From NCBI GenBank assembly GCA_038042445.1, contig JBBTED010000112.1, positions 1 through 34,753 on the forward strand: DNA of 34,753 nt, in the 5' to 3' direction. Shown one piece after another: positions 9,554 to 17,426 of the stretch (positions are counted from its first letter, which is position 1; every line of letters begins with the position of its first letter). The notes below the pieces were generated by a model, which was given only the letters and a program-made list of their open reading frames with translations, was not told where the DNA came from and ran no database searches. This DNA is from Candidatus Firestoneibacteriota bacterium (GTDB lineage Bacteria > Oederibacteriota > D2-FULL-39-29 > JBBTED01). Position numbers and translations under genes: made by a program.

Positions 9554-10175
9554 AAAGAGTATGCAAATACAGATTCTTTACTTTTTTTCTTAAATCAGTT
9601 AGTTTAGCATTATTATTTATAACATAATCTGCGTATTTAATTTTTTTAGCAAGAGGCATCTGGGATTTTACCCGAAGTTTAGCTTTATCTGGTGACAAAT
9701 TGTATTTCTTTATAAGACGCTTTATTTGGGCCTCTTCATTTGATGCTATAACTAATATTTTATCAACTAACAATGTTATCTTTGCTTCAAATAGAAGTGG
9801 AGCATCAAGTATAATAATTTTTGCAAAGCTACGCTTTGCAGCTACATTTAGCTTACACTTTAGATTTTTAATTTGTTTTTTTATTTCTTTTATTATGTAT
9901 GGATGCGTTATTGCATTTAATTTTAATCTTTTATTTTTATTACTAAATATTATAGATGCAAGCTTAGACCTGTTAATTTCTCTGTTCTTTTCCAGAATAT
10001 CTTTTCCAAAATATGCTGTTATTTTGCGATATGCAGATGTATTGTGTTTTATGATTTTATGGGCTATTGCATCGGCATCTACTATCTTACACCCAAGTTT
10101 TTTAAAAATCTTTGCGGCTGTAGATTTGCCTGTAGCAATTCCACCTGTTAATCCGATAACTGTATTTTTAGACAT
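9516..10175 (-). CDS. coaE: Dephospho-CoA kinase
   Basis: IGLTGGIATGKST, VDADAIAH, LNAITHP, DAPLLFE, SQMP and ADYVINN motifs; follows polA. Confidence 0.95.
   Translation of the reverse strand: MSKNTVIGLTGGIATGKSTAAKIFKKLGCKIVDADAIAHKIIKHNTSAYRKITAYFGKDILEKNREINRSKLASIIFSNKNKRLKLNAITHPYIIKEIKKQIKNLKCKLNVAAKRSFAKIIILDAPLLFEAKITLLVDKILVIASNEEAQIKRLIKKYNLSPDKAKLRVKSQMPLAKKIKYADYVINNNAKLTDLRKKVKNLYLHTLSPLIKGVGHPFK
9822..9846 (-). repeat. GTAG-tagged palindrome in frame in coaE (VAAKRSFA)
   Basis: TGCAAAGC-TAC-GCTTTGCA-GCTACA: perfect 8-bp stem plus CTACA tag. Confidence 0.75.
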
Positions 10176-10178
10176 ATA

Positions 10179-10296
10179 CCCCTCACCCTACCCTCTCCCA
10201 CAAGGGGAGAGGGGAACTTTAATTCTTGGGCGAGTAAACTCGCCCCTACAAATCCCCCATCTGTCCCCCTTTGTCAAAGTGGGAATTAAAGGGGGA
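10179..10296 (-). repeat. Intergenic stack: CCCTCTCCC element (10179-10214), GTAG element (10228-10250), CCCCTT element (10251-10296)
   Basis: CCCCTCACCCTACCCTCTCCCACAAGGGGAGAGGGG; GGGCGAGTAAACTCGCCC-CTACA; AATCCCCCATCTGTCCCCCTTTGTCAAAGTGGGA. Confidence 0.8.
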
Positions 10297-10305
10297 ATTA
10301 TTATA

Positions 10306-12954
10306 TTATTTACAGTCATACCAGTTTTTGCCGGATTTTATGTCTACCTTAATTGGGACTTTTAGAAACATTGCGGTTTCCATTATGTCTTTAATGACGA
10401 TTTTGAATTTTTCTGATTCAGGAGCATAAACTTCAAATAGTAACTCGTCGTGAACCTGAAGCAACATTCGCGCTTTAAAATTTTTGATTTCTTTATCTAA
10501 TTTTATCATTGCGAGTTTGATTAAATCGGATGCAGAACCCTGAATTGGCATATTCATAGCAGCTCTTTCATTAAATTCTCTTATAGATTTCATATAACTG
10601 TTAATTTCAGGGAAATATCTTCTTCGTCCAAGAATTGTTGTAACATATCCATCTTTTCTCACCTTTTCCATTGTATTGCTAATGTATGTTTTAACAGCAG
10701 AATATTTTGCGAAATAATTATCAATGTAATTTTGCGCTTCTCCAACGCTTAGATTTAATTCTTTTGACAAACCATAAGCACTCATACCGTATATTATACC
10801 AAAATTCACAATTTTTGCACTCCGACGCATATCTGAAGTAACCTTGTCTGCAGATAAATTGAAAATTTCCATAGCAGTTCTTAAGTGAATATCCCCATCT
10901 TTCTTAAAAGCATTTATTAGATTTTCATCCTCTGAAATATGTGCTAAAAATCTTAATTCTATTTGTGAATAATCAGCACTTATAAATATCCAGTTTTTTT
11001 CTGATGGAATAAATGCCTTTCGCACTTCTCTGCCCATTTGGGTTTTTATTGGAATAGTCTGAAGATTTGGCTCAGCAGACGAAAGCCTTCCAGTAGAAGT
11101 ACCGGTTTGCCTGTAAGAAGTATGGACTTTAAAAGTATTTTTATCCATTAATTTTGGTAATACATCCACATAGTTCGATTTCAGTTTCATAATTCCTCTG
11201 TAATCTAAAATCTTTGCAGGCAATTCATTATTCAATGCCAATTTTTCTAAAACATCAACAGCTGTAGAATGACCTGTTTTTATCTTTTTTCCTTTTGGGA
11301 GATTAAGTTTTTCAAAAAGTATTCGCGAAAGCTCTTTTGGTGAATTTACATTAAATTCTTCACCAGCCAAAGCATAAATTTCTTTATTTAATTCTATGAT
11401 GTTGTGTTCAAGAAATTCTGAAAGTTCTTTTAAAACTTCCGTATCAATTTTAATACCATTAACCTCCATATTATATAAAACATCAACAAGAGGCATTTCA
11501 ACTTCATTGAATAATTTTGTAAGATCTTTTTCCTGCAATGCTTTTTCTAATTCGTTTTTAAGTTTAAAAATTTCTTGGTGAAAAACTTCCGGGGATGATG
11601 ACAAATATTGTTTAATATTGTAGTCAAGCAAATGTGCAGCTATCATTATGTCGAATAAGGGGCCTGATAAATTGATTGGGTTGACAGGCGATGGGCGGGT
11701 AAACCCGCCCCTACGCGATAAAAAAAGTTTTAGTTTTTTTATGTCGTATCCTGTTTTTTTTATATTTTCGTTTTCAAATATTGGTTTTAGTTCAGGAATA
11801 AACTCATGGGGAAATATAAACATTTCCTGAATTCCCGATTTGTCAGGCAAGATGCCTGACCTATTGCTTACGGGAATAACACCTATTTTGCCCCTACCGG
11901 GACTTATTCCTTCGTCTTCGTCTAAAAGGGCGATATTGATTTCTGGAGCATTGTTTAATTTTTTCCTTACGGCAACCGCTACATCTAATTCTTGTATAAT
12001 AGTCTGGCTTCCCGATTTGTCAGGCAAGATGCCTGACCTATTGCTTGCGGGAATGACAGATGCAGGTAAAGATATAGACAAAGCAGAAATGATGGTTTCC
12101 AATTCTCCTATTAGTTTTCTGAATTCGAGTTTTTTAAATACAGGTAGGATTTTTTGCATATCAATATCTTTTAGTTTTGCTTTTTCAATGTCAAATTCAA
12201 TTGGAACATCTGTAACTAATAGAGCGAGTTTTTTGCTTATTATTGCGGATTCTTTATTTTCGGTTAATGTTTTAACTAATTTTTCTTTTGTTACTTTATC
12301 TAAATTTTCATATAAATTTTCTATTGTTCCAAATTGCGCAATCAATGCCATAGCGGTTTTTTCTCCTATTCCGGCAACACCCGGAATATTGTCAGCAGCA
12401 TCACCCATCAATGCAAGAATATCAGGAACAGATGAAGGCGAAACACCAAATCTTTCTTTTACTTTTTCTTCATCATAAAAAAAACCTTCCTTATGCGCAC
12501 TTAAAACATTTGTATTTGAATTAACTATTTGTAATATATCTTTATCCCCGGAAACAATAGTAACTGCCAAACCAAGATTTTCTGCTTTTTTCGCAAGTGT
12601 TGCAACTACATCATCAGCTTCATACCCGGGCATTTCAAAAATTGGAATGTCAAAACCTTCTGTTACCTCTTTCAAAAAAGGAAATTGCGATATTAATTCT
12701 TCAGGCATTTTAGGCCTATGTTTTTTGTAATCCGCATATTGCTTATGTCTAAAAGTTGGTTCTGGCCTGTCAAATGCTACACCTAAATAATCTGGTTTGT
12801 AATCTTTTATTATTTTTAAGAGTGTTCTTGCGAATCCAAATATTGCATTTGTAGGCTGACCAGCGCTTGTTTTGAAATGTGGAACAGCGTAAAAAGCCTT
12901 ATAGGCATACGAATTTCCGTCTATTAAAAATAGTTTTAGTTTAGTAGTGTTCAT
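10306..12954 (-). CDS. polA: DNA polymerase I
   Basis: 5'-3' exonuclease (LIDG, GYEADD, SGDKD, DNIPGVAGIGEKTA) and polymerase motifs (TGRLSS, ADYSQIELR, AKIVNFGIIYG, PIQGSASD, LQVHDEL). The middle domain is short and degenerate. Confidence 0.97.
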   Translation of the reverse strand: MNTTKLKLFLIDGNSYAYKAFYAVPHFKTSAGQPTNAIFGFARTLLKIIKDYKPDYLGVAFDRPEPTFRHKQYADYKKHRPKMPEELISQFPFLKEVTEGFDIPIFEMPGYEADDVVATLAKKAENLGLAVTIVSGDKDILQIVNSNTNVLSAHKEGFFYDEEKVKERFGVSPSSVPDILALMGDAADNIPGVAGIGEKTAMALIAQFGTIENLYENLDKVTKEKLVKTLTENKESAIISKKLALLVTDVPIEFDIEKAKLKDIDMQKILPVFKKLEFRKLIGELETIISALSISLPASVIPASNRSGILPDKSGSQTIIQELDVAVAVRKKLNNAPEINIALLDEDEGISPGRGKIGVIPVSNRSGILPDKSGIQEMFIFPHEFIPELKPIFENENIKKTGYDIKKLKLFLSRRGGFTRPSPVNPINLSGPLFDIMIAAHLLDYNIKQYLSSSPEVFHQEIFKLKNELEKALQEKDLTKLFNEVEMPLVDVLYNMEVNGIKIDTEVLKELSEFLEHNIIELNKEIYALAGEEFNVNSPKELSRILFEKLNLPKGKKIKTGHSTAVDVLEKLALNNELPAKILDYRGIMKLKSNYVDVLPKLMDKNTFKVHTSYRQTGTSTGRLSSAEPNLQTIPIKTQMGREVRKAFIPSEKNWIFISADYSQIELRFLAHISEDENLINAFKKDGDIHLRTAMEIFNLSADKVTSDMRRSAKIVNFGIIYGMSAYGLSKELNLSVGEAQNYIDNYFAKYSAVKTYISNTMEKVRKDGYVTTILGRRRYFPEINSYMKSIREFNERAAMNMPIQGSASDLIKLAMIKLDKEIKNFKARMLLQVHDELLFEVYAPESEKFKIVIKDIMETAMFLKVPIKVDIKSGKNWYDCK
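11693..11715 (-). repeat. GTAG element in frame in polA (RRGGFTRP)
   Basis: Identical to intergenic 4741-4763. Confidence 0.9.
11827..11881 (-). repeat. Nested TGTCAT/GTCAGGC element in frame in polA (VIPVSNRSGILPDKSGIQ)
   Basis: 55 nt, 51/55 identical to 12004-12058; core identical to intergenic 8553-8579. Confidence 0.9.
12004..12058 (-). repeat. Nested TGTCAT/GTCAGGC element in frame in polA (VIPASNRSGILPDKSGSQ)
   Basis: CTGGCTTCCCGA-TTTGTCAGGCAAGATGCCTGACCTATT-GCTTGCGGGAATGACA. Confidence 0.9.
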
Positions 12955-12970
12955 TTTTTTTCTAAATTGT

Positions 12971-13052
12971 GAGATCCTGAAACAAGTTCAGGATGACAAA
13001 TGCCGATAAATTGACAACTACAAATTAAGCAAGGCTAAAGCCTTGCCCTACA
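12971..13052 (-). repeat. Intergenic stack: TGTCAT element (12971-12998), degenerate GTAG element (13002-13022), GTAG element (13029-13052)
   Basis: GAGATCCTGAAACAAGTTCAGGATGACA; GCCGATAAATTGACAACTACA; GCAAGGCTAAAGCCTTGC-CCTACA. Confidence 0.85.
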
Positions 13053-13071
13053 TACTTAATACCTATAACCG

Positions 13072-14436
13072 CTAACCGCACACCGAAACTTGATGAAGTG
13101 CTTCTTGGACTGTTTTAACGCCGATACACTGACCGTTTTTAGAAGACAAATCTTTTAAATTTGAATGGGGGATTAATATTTTTGAAAATCCTAATTTTAC
13201 TGCTTCATTAACTCGCCTTTCTATTTGTGAAACTGCGCGAACTTCTCCTCCTAAACCGACTTCGCCAATAACAGATACTTTTGTATCAACTGGTATATCT
13301 TTAAAACTTGAGGCTATTGCTAAAATTAGTCCTAAATCCGATGCAGGTTCATCTATTTTTACTCCACCTGCCACATTCACAAATACATCGTAATATGAAA
13401 TATGCAATCCAGCTCTTTTTTCAAGAACTGCAAGAAGTAAAACAAGTTCATTGTAATCTATACCTGTGGCGCGCCGTTGCGGATTTGTAAAATTAGTTGG
13501 GCTTACAAGAGCCTGAAGTTCTACAAGAATCGGACGTGTGCCTTCTATAATTGGAACTATAACAGAACCAGATACATTGTTCGCACGTTCAGATAAAAAT
13601 ATCTGTGAAGGATTTTCAACTTCTATTAAACCTTTTTCCCTCATTTCAAATATTGCAATTTCATTTGTAGAACCAAAACGATTTTTATATGCGCGCAAAA
13701 TTCTAAAAGAATGATGACTATCTCCTTCAAAATATAAAACAGTATCCACTAAATGTTCAAGAACACGAGGCCCTGCAATTGTTCCATCTTTAGTAACATG
13801 ACCAACAATAAAAATAGGTATTCCTGTTGTTTTAGCCAAACGCATAAGAAGAGAACAACTTTCCCGAACCTGACTTACACTCCCGGATGCAGAAGGTATA
13901 TCCGGCCTGAAAATTGTCTGAATTGAATCAATAACTAAAACTTTTGGCTTGAGTTTCTCAACATATTCAATAATTGTATGGACATTTGTTTCAGAAGCAA
14001 TATATAGTTCTTTAGAAATACTGGTTATTCTATTAGCTCTGAGTTTGGTCTGTTTAACAGATTCTTCTCCTGAGATATATAAAACAAGACCATATTTCTG
14101 ACTTAATGTATTTGTAGCCTGTAATAATAGAGTTGATTTACCTATACCCGGCTCTCCACCTATTAAAATAAGAGAACCCGGAACTACTCCGCCACCAAGA
14201 AGTCTATCAAATTCATGGACACCTGTTAATAATCTGTCTTCTTCCTTTGATTCTACTTCTGTTAATGAACGAGGGAATTCCGCTGCTGATTGAATAACTA
14301 AAGATTTGTGATTAATTTCTTCTGCCTGAATTTCTTCAACTATAGTATTCCATTTAGAACAACTAGGACATTTTCCAAGCCATTTTGAGGATTCGTGACC
14401 ACATTCCTGACAGGTGTATTTGATTTTAGTTTTCAT
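13072..14436 (-). CDS. radA: DNA repair protein RadA/Sms
   Basis: CQECG..KWLGKCPSC zinc finger, GGEPGIGKST, IDSIQT, GHVTKDG, KNRFG and EGTRP motifs. Confidence 0.97.
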   Translation of the reverse strand: MKTKIKYTCQECGHESSKWLGKCPSCSKWNTIVEEIQAEEINHKSLVIQSAAEFPRSLTEVESKEEDRLLTGVHEFDRLLGGGVVPGSLILIGGEPGIGKSTLLLQATNTLSQKYGLVLYISGEESVKQTKLRANRITSISKELYIASETNVHTIIEYVEKLKPKVLVIDSIQTIFRPDIPSASGSVSQVRESCSLLMRLAKTTGIPIFIVGHVTKDGTIAGPRVLEHLVDTVLYFEGDSHHSFRILRAYKNRFGSTNEIAIFEMREKGLIEVENPSQIFLSERANNVSGSVIVPIIEGTRPILVELQALVSPTNFTNPQRRATGIDYNELVLLLAVLEKRAGLHISYYDVFVNVAGGVKIDEPASDLGLILAIASSFKDIPVDTKVSVIGEVGLGGEVRAVSQIERRVNEAVKLGFSKILIPHSNLKDLSSKNGQCIGVKTVQEALHQVSVCG

Positions 14437-14446
14437 TGTTTTTGCA

Positions 14447-14499
14447 GAGATTCTGAAACAAGTTCAGAATGACAGATATAAATCCCCCTTAATCCCTCC
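14447..14499 (-). repeat. TGTCAT element (14447-14474) and partial CCCCTT element (14481-14499)
   Basis: GAGATTCTGAAACAAGTTCAGAATGACA is a compensatory variant of the 12971/16323 copies; AATCCCCCTTAATCCCTCC follows. Confidence 0.8.
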
Positions 14500-14526
14500 G
14501 CATAGGCGAAAGGCTACAACTGAAAT

Positions 14527-15417
14527 TTATCTGCGCCAGAGGAGTTTCCAGGGGTGGCTTTTTAAGTCTTCAACAAGTGTTTTTAGGTCTTCAGCTAAAG
14601 CTTTATCTGTCATTAATAGACCTAATGAACCCTCACCCTTTTCAATACCTTTCAAAATTGTATCTAATGAAACAAGAGTTTTGTCTAATTTTTCCGATGC
14701 TTTGCTTAAATTCGCAAGAGTTTCTTCTATGTTTTTTATGTTTTCTTTAGTTAAAATTTTCCCGATTTCATTAGTCAAATCTTCAACATTTTTAGTTATT
14801 TTATTAATTTTCTCAGAACTTTCTTTAAAATTACCAATTGCAGAAACAATAGGTTTTTCATTTTCTTCAACAATCCTATTCGCTGTCGTTGTAGCACTTT
14901 TAATATTATTCAAACTGTCCAATATCGCATTTTTAGCTTCTGGACTTCCTATAACTGAATTAACAGAAGCCATTGCATCTTTCAATTCGCCTAAAATGTT
15001 TGAAAGCTTGGTTATGGCTATATCCGTACTCATTGGATTTACACCTTGAAGTGTATCTCCATTATTTAAATATGGCGAATTTTCACTTCCACCAGCAACC
15101 TCAATATATTTTTCACCCATTAAACCTGAAGTAAATATGGCAAATTCAGCATCTTTATGTATTTTAAAATCTTTTTTTATCCACAGGGAAACTTTTGCTT
15201 TATTTTTTTCCAATTGTATTTCTCTGACTTTTCCCACAACTACTCCACCTGCATATTTCACCTTTGATTCTTTTTTTAAATCACTTACGAATTCAAATAA
15301 TACATGGACTTCGTAACCATTAGCGACTATACTTAGCTTACCAAGATAAAGTAATCCGCCAACAAAAATAATTATACAAGAAATTACCATTAAACCGATT
15401 TTCGCTTCAGAACTCAT
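14527..15417 (-). CDS. mlaD: MlaD/MCE-family protein with helical C-terminal region
   Basis: N-terminal TM helix; L...SKVKYAGGVVVGKV, TSGLMGEKYIEV, GEGSLGLL and HPWKL motifs. GGAGG precedes ATG 15417 (MSSEAK). Confidence 0.85.
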   Translation of the reverse strand: MSSEAKIGLMVISCIIIFVGGLLYLGKLSIVANGYEVHVLFEFVSDLKKESKVKYAGGVVVGKVREIQLEKNKAKVSLWIKKDFKIHKDAEFAIFTSGLMGEKYIEVAGGSENSPYLNNGDTLQGVNPMSTDIAITKLSNILGELKDAMASVNSVIGSPEAKNAILDSLNNIKSATTTANRIVEENEKPIVSAIGNFKESSEKINKITKNVEDLTNEIGKILTKENIKNIEETLANLSKASEKLDKTLVSLDTILKGIEKGEGSLGLLMTDKALAEDLKTLVEDLKSHPWKLLWRR

Positions 15418-16177
15418 CAGTTTTTCCTCCATTTTTTGCTGTTATAGGACCAACCGCACTACCTGTTATAAATTGCTTAACTACCGGATTTTTTGTATTT
15501 TTTATTTCGTCAGGAGTCCCATTAATAACTATTTCACCACCATACATCATAGCTATTCTATCTGATATTTTATATGCACTTACCATATCATGAGTAACAA
15601 CTACAGATGTTATACCAATTTTTCTATGCAAATCAACAATAAGGTTATTAATTACATCTGCAGTTATTGGGTCTAAACCTGTTGTTGGCTCATCATACAG
15701 AAGTATATTCGGCTCCATAGCTATAGCTCTTGCAATTCCCACTCTTTTTCGCATTCCACCGGACAATTCAGCAGGCTTCATATTTTCAATATTTCCCAAA
15801 CCAACCAAAGCAAGTTTTTCATGGACAATTCTATCTATTTCTTTTTTTGAAATATTTGTATTTCTTGCTAATGCAAAACTCACATTTTCACCAATAGTAA
15901 GCGAATCAAATAATGCAGCGCCCTGGAATACCATTCCAAAGTGTTTTCTTATTTCAGCAAGTCGTGCTTCATCAACATTAGATATATCTTCATCATCTAT
16001 ATATATTTTTCCTGCATCCGGTTTCATTATACCAATTATATGTTTTAGTAAAACACTTTTGCCACATCCACTTCCCCCAATTATAGCAAGTGTTTCCCTA
16101 TCGTTTATTTTGAGATTTAAATTTTTAAAAATTCTGTTTTTGCCAAAATATTTTGTTAAATTTGTAATGTTTATCAT
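15407..16177 (-). CDS. mlaF: MlaF/Mkl-family ABC ATPase
   Basis: GGSGCGKS, GMVFQGAALFDSL, ELSGGMRKRVGIARA, YDEPTTGLDP, VTHD and PVVKQF motifs. Start set at MINITNL (16177). Confidence 0.9.
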   Translation of the reverse strand: MINITNLTKYFGKNRIFKNLNLKINDRETLAIIGGSGCGKSVLLKHIIGIMKPDAGKIYIDDEDISNVDEARLAEIRKHFGMVFQGAALFDSLTIGENVSFALARNTNISKKEIDRIVHEKLALVGLGNIENMKPAELSGGMRKRVGIARAIAMEPNILLYDEPTTGLDPITADVINNLIVDLHRKIGITSVVVTHDMVSAYKISDRIAMMYGGEIVINGTPDEIKNTKNPVVKQFITGSAVGPITAKNGGKTDEF

Positions 16178-16185
16178 TTTATGAC

Positions 16186-16235
16186 GCCGATAAATCGGCA
16201 ACTACAAATATACGCAGGCTAAAGCCTGCGACTAC
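16186..16235 (-). repeat. Two GTAG elements (16186-16206, 16213-16235)
   Basis: GCCGATAAATCGGC-AACTACA; CGCAGGCTAAAGCCTGCG-ACTAC. Confidence 0.85.
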
Positions 16236-16284
16236 CAAATACATTTTTAGGTTCGCATAGAAAAACGATTACCAAATATATTAT

Positions 16285-16313
16285 AGAATAGCTTAAGTTT
16301 GAGGAAAAATCAA
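16285..16313 (-). promoter_or_regulatory. Possible sigma70 promoter for mlaF-mlaD-radA-polA-coaE
   Basis: TTGATT, 17-nt spacer, TATTCT (with an overlapping TATAAT) in the repeat-free part of this gap. Confidence 0.4.
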
Positions 16314-16322
16314 GGGTATTTT

Positions 16323-16350
16323 GAGATCCTGAAACAAGTTCAGGATGACA
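16323..16350 (-). repeat. TGTCAT element abutting the stop codon at 16351
   Basis: Identical to 12971-12998. Confidence 0.88.
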
Positions 16351-17283
16351 TTAAAAGAAAAGACTTATGGAGAGGGAGAAGCCGTTTAGGTCTGAAAAAC
16401 CTGTGGAGCTTTTTGTGGGAATAATATTGTATCTTGCATCAAGACTTAATCTGCCTTCATTTACAAAACCCATAAGTATTTGGTAAGATGTCAAAACTTC
16501 TCTTGTAGTAACAGAAGCATAAAGCCATCCATTTGTTGCATCATAACGTTCACCGCGAAATCTTTCAGAAACAAAAGTTGCACCGGCACCTACACCAAAA
16601 TATCCTTTCCATATATTGTCAGGCAGGATGCCTGACCTATTTAAAAATTTTGAACCTCTTATGTTCAAAAAGGATGGTGCCCATACACAAGAAATATATA
16701 AGGGTGTAAGAGCCAAATTTGTATTTGCATATCTCCAATCGCCTTGGGTTGTAGCATTTTGGACCTGAGTTTTTGTTAAAGGAAGTATTCTCTCCTGGTC
16801 AAATTTACCAACTTCTAATATGCTTCCAATTTCTCTCCACCAAATCTGAAGATTAACTCCGTATATTAAACCATCGCTATATACATCACGCATATCTGAA
16901 TTCATCGGCACAAAAACTCCAAGTTTCGGGCCAACATATCCACGAATGTCATCTCCCATCGATTGACGAGCAAGCTCGTCTGCTACATTTTTTTTAAGTA
17001 GTTTTCCGCAGTTACTGCAATATTTTGATGATTCTAGAACCTCTGTATCACATCTGGTGCATTTGATTAGTTTATTTTGACGAGCAAGCTCATCTGCTAC
17101 ATCCTGTTTTGTGATTTCAGATTGCAACATCATAATTGTTGGGTCGGAAACAAAGGTGTTTTGTGAAAAAACAAAAACAGGTGGAAATAAAAATAAAATC
17201 AATAATGATATGATTAGATTCTTCGCTTCGCTCAGAATGACATTTTGTTTCATTTTGCAATTTTCATTTTTCATTTTAATCAT
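16351..17283 (-). CDS. Exported protein: signal peptide, zinc ribbon, putative small outer-membrane beta-barrel
   Basis: Hydrophobic segment ending VFS-Q; CTRC-x10-CSNC; amphipathic strands (YVGPKLG, YFGVGAG, LDARY); terminal FSLSISLFF beta-signal-like end. Confidence 0.65.
   Translation of the reverse strand: MIKMKNENCKMKQNVILSEAKNLIISLLILFLFPPVFVFSQNTFVSDPTIMMLQSEITKQDVADELARQNKLIKCTRCDTEVLESSKYCSNCGKLLKKNVADELARQSMGDDIRGYVGPKLGVFVPMNSDMRDVYSDGLIYGVNLQIWWREIGSILEVGKFDQERILPLTKTQVQNATTQGDWRYANTNLALTPLYISCVWAPSFLNIRGSKFLNRSGILPDNIWKGYFGVGAGATFVSERFRGERYDATNGWLYASVTTREVLTSYQILMGFVNEGRLSLDARYNIIPTKSSTGFSDLNGFSLSISLFF
16616..16641 (-). repeat. GTCAGGC element in frame in the barrel CDS (NRSGILPDN)
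   Basis: TTGTCAGGCAGGATGCCTGACCTATT, one mismatch to the intergenic copies. Confidence 0.85.
16965..17101 (-). repeat. Two direct GTAG elements (16965-16987, 17079-17101) flanking the zinc ribbon, each encoding VADELARQ
   Basis: GACGAGC-AA-GCTCGTC-TGCTACA and GACGAGCAAGCTCATCTGCTACA, offset by 114 nt. Confidence 0.82.
17216..17278 (-). repeat. TGTCAT element (17216-17242, VILSEAKNL) and heptamers (17251-17278) in the signal-peptide n-region
   Basis: AGATTCTTCGCTTCGCTCAGAATGACA, 26/27 identical to 19021-19047. Confidence 0.82.
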
Positions 17284-17294
17284 CTCACATTTAA

Positions 17295-17426
17295 ACCCAC
17301 CCTAACCATCCCTTATCAGGGAGGGGATTACTCGCAAGGCTGAAGCCTTGCCCTACAACTACTACAACTACGCCGATGAATCGGCAACTACAGAACTTCT
17401 GGATTCCTGCTTTCGCGGGAATGACA
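17295..17426 (-). repeat. Intergenic stack of four elements (17295-17326, 17334-17357, 17372-17392, 17399-17426)
   Basis: ACCCACCCTAACCATCCCTTATCAGGGAGGGG; GCAAGGCTGAAGCCTTGCCCTACA; GCCGATGAATCGGCAACTACA; CTGGATTCCTGCTTTCGCGGGAATGACA. Confidence 0.85.

Noticed and set aside
11693..12058. Intein in PolA
   Set aside because: The inserts are only 8-18 aa, lack Cys/Ser...His-Asn splice motifs and match intergenic palindromes.
13066..13079. TAACCGC doublet at the radA stop (similar ACGCTAACCGCTA near 19282)
   Set aside because: Only two short occurrences, too few to call a family from this window.
16178..16201. MPIYRRHK extension of MlaF (also the track starts 4044 and 15432)
   Set aside because: The extension is read from a GTAG element using a TTG start; downstream ATGs fit family N-termini or RBS positions better.
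17279..17293. AAATGTGA as a CRP-like site (also 19207-19221)
   Set aside because: No convincing second half-site at the right spacing, and it abuts the start codon; a duplicated start module explains it better.
17295..17426. Repeat stacks as a CRISPR array or integron attC cassettes
   Set aside because: Adjacent units differ in sequence, there is no constant repeat-spacer period, and no cas or integrase gene is present.
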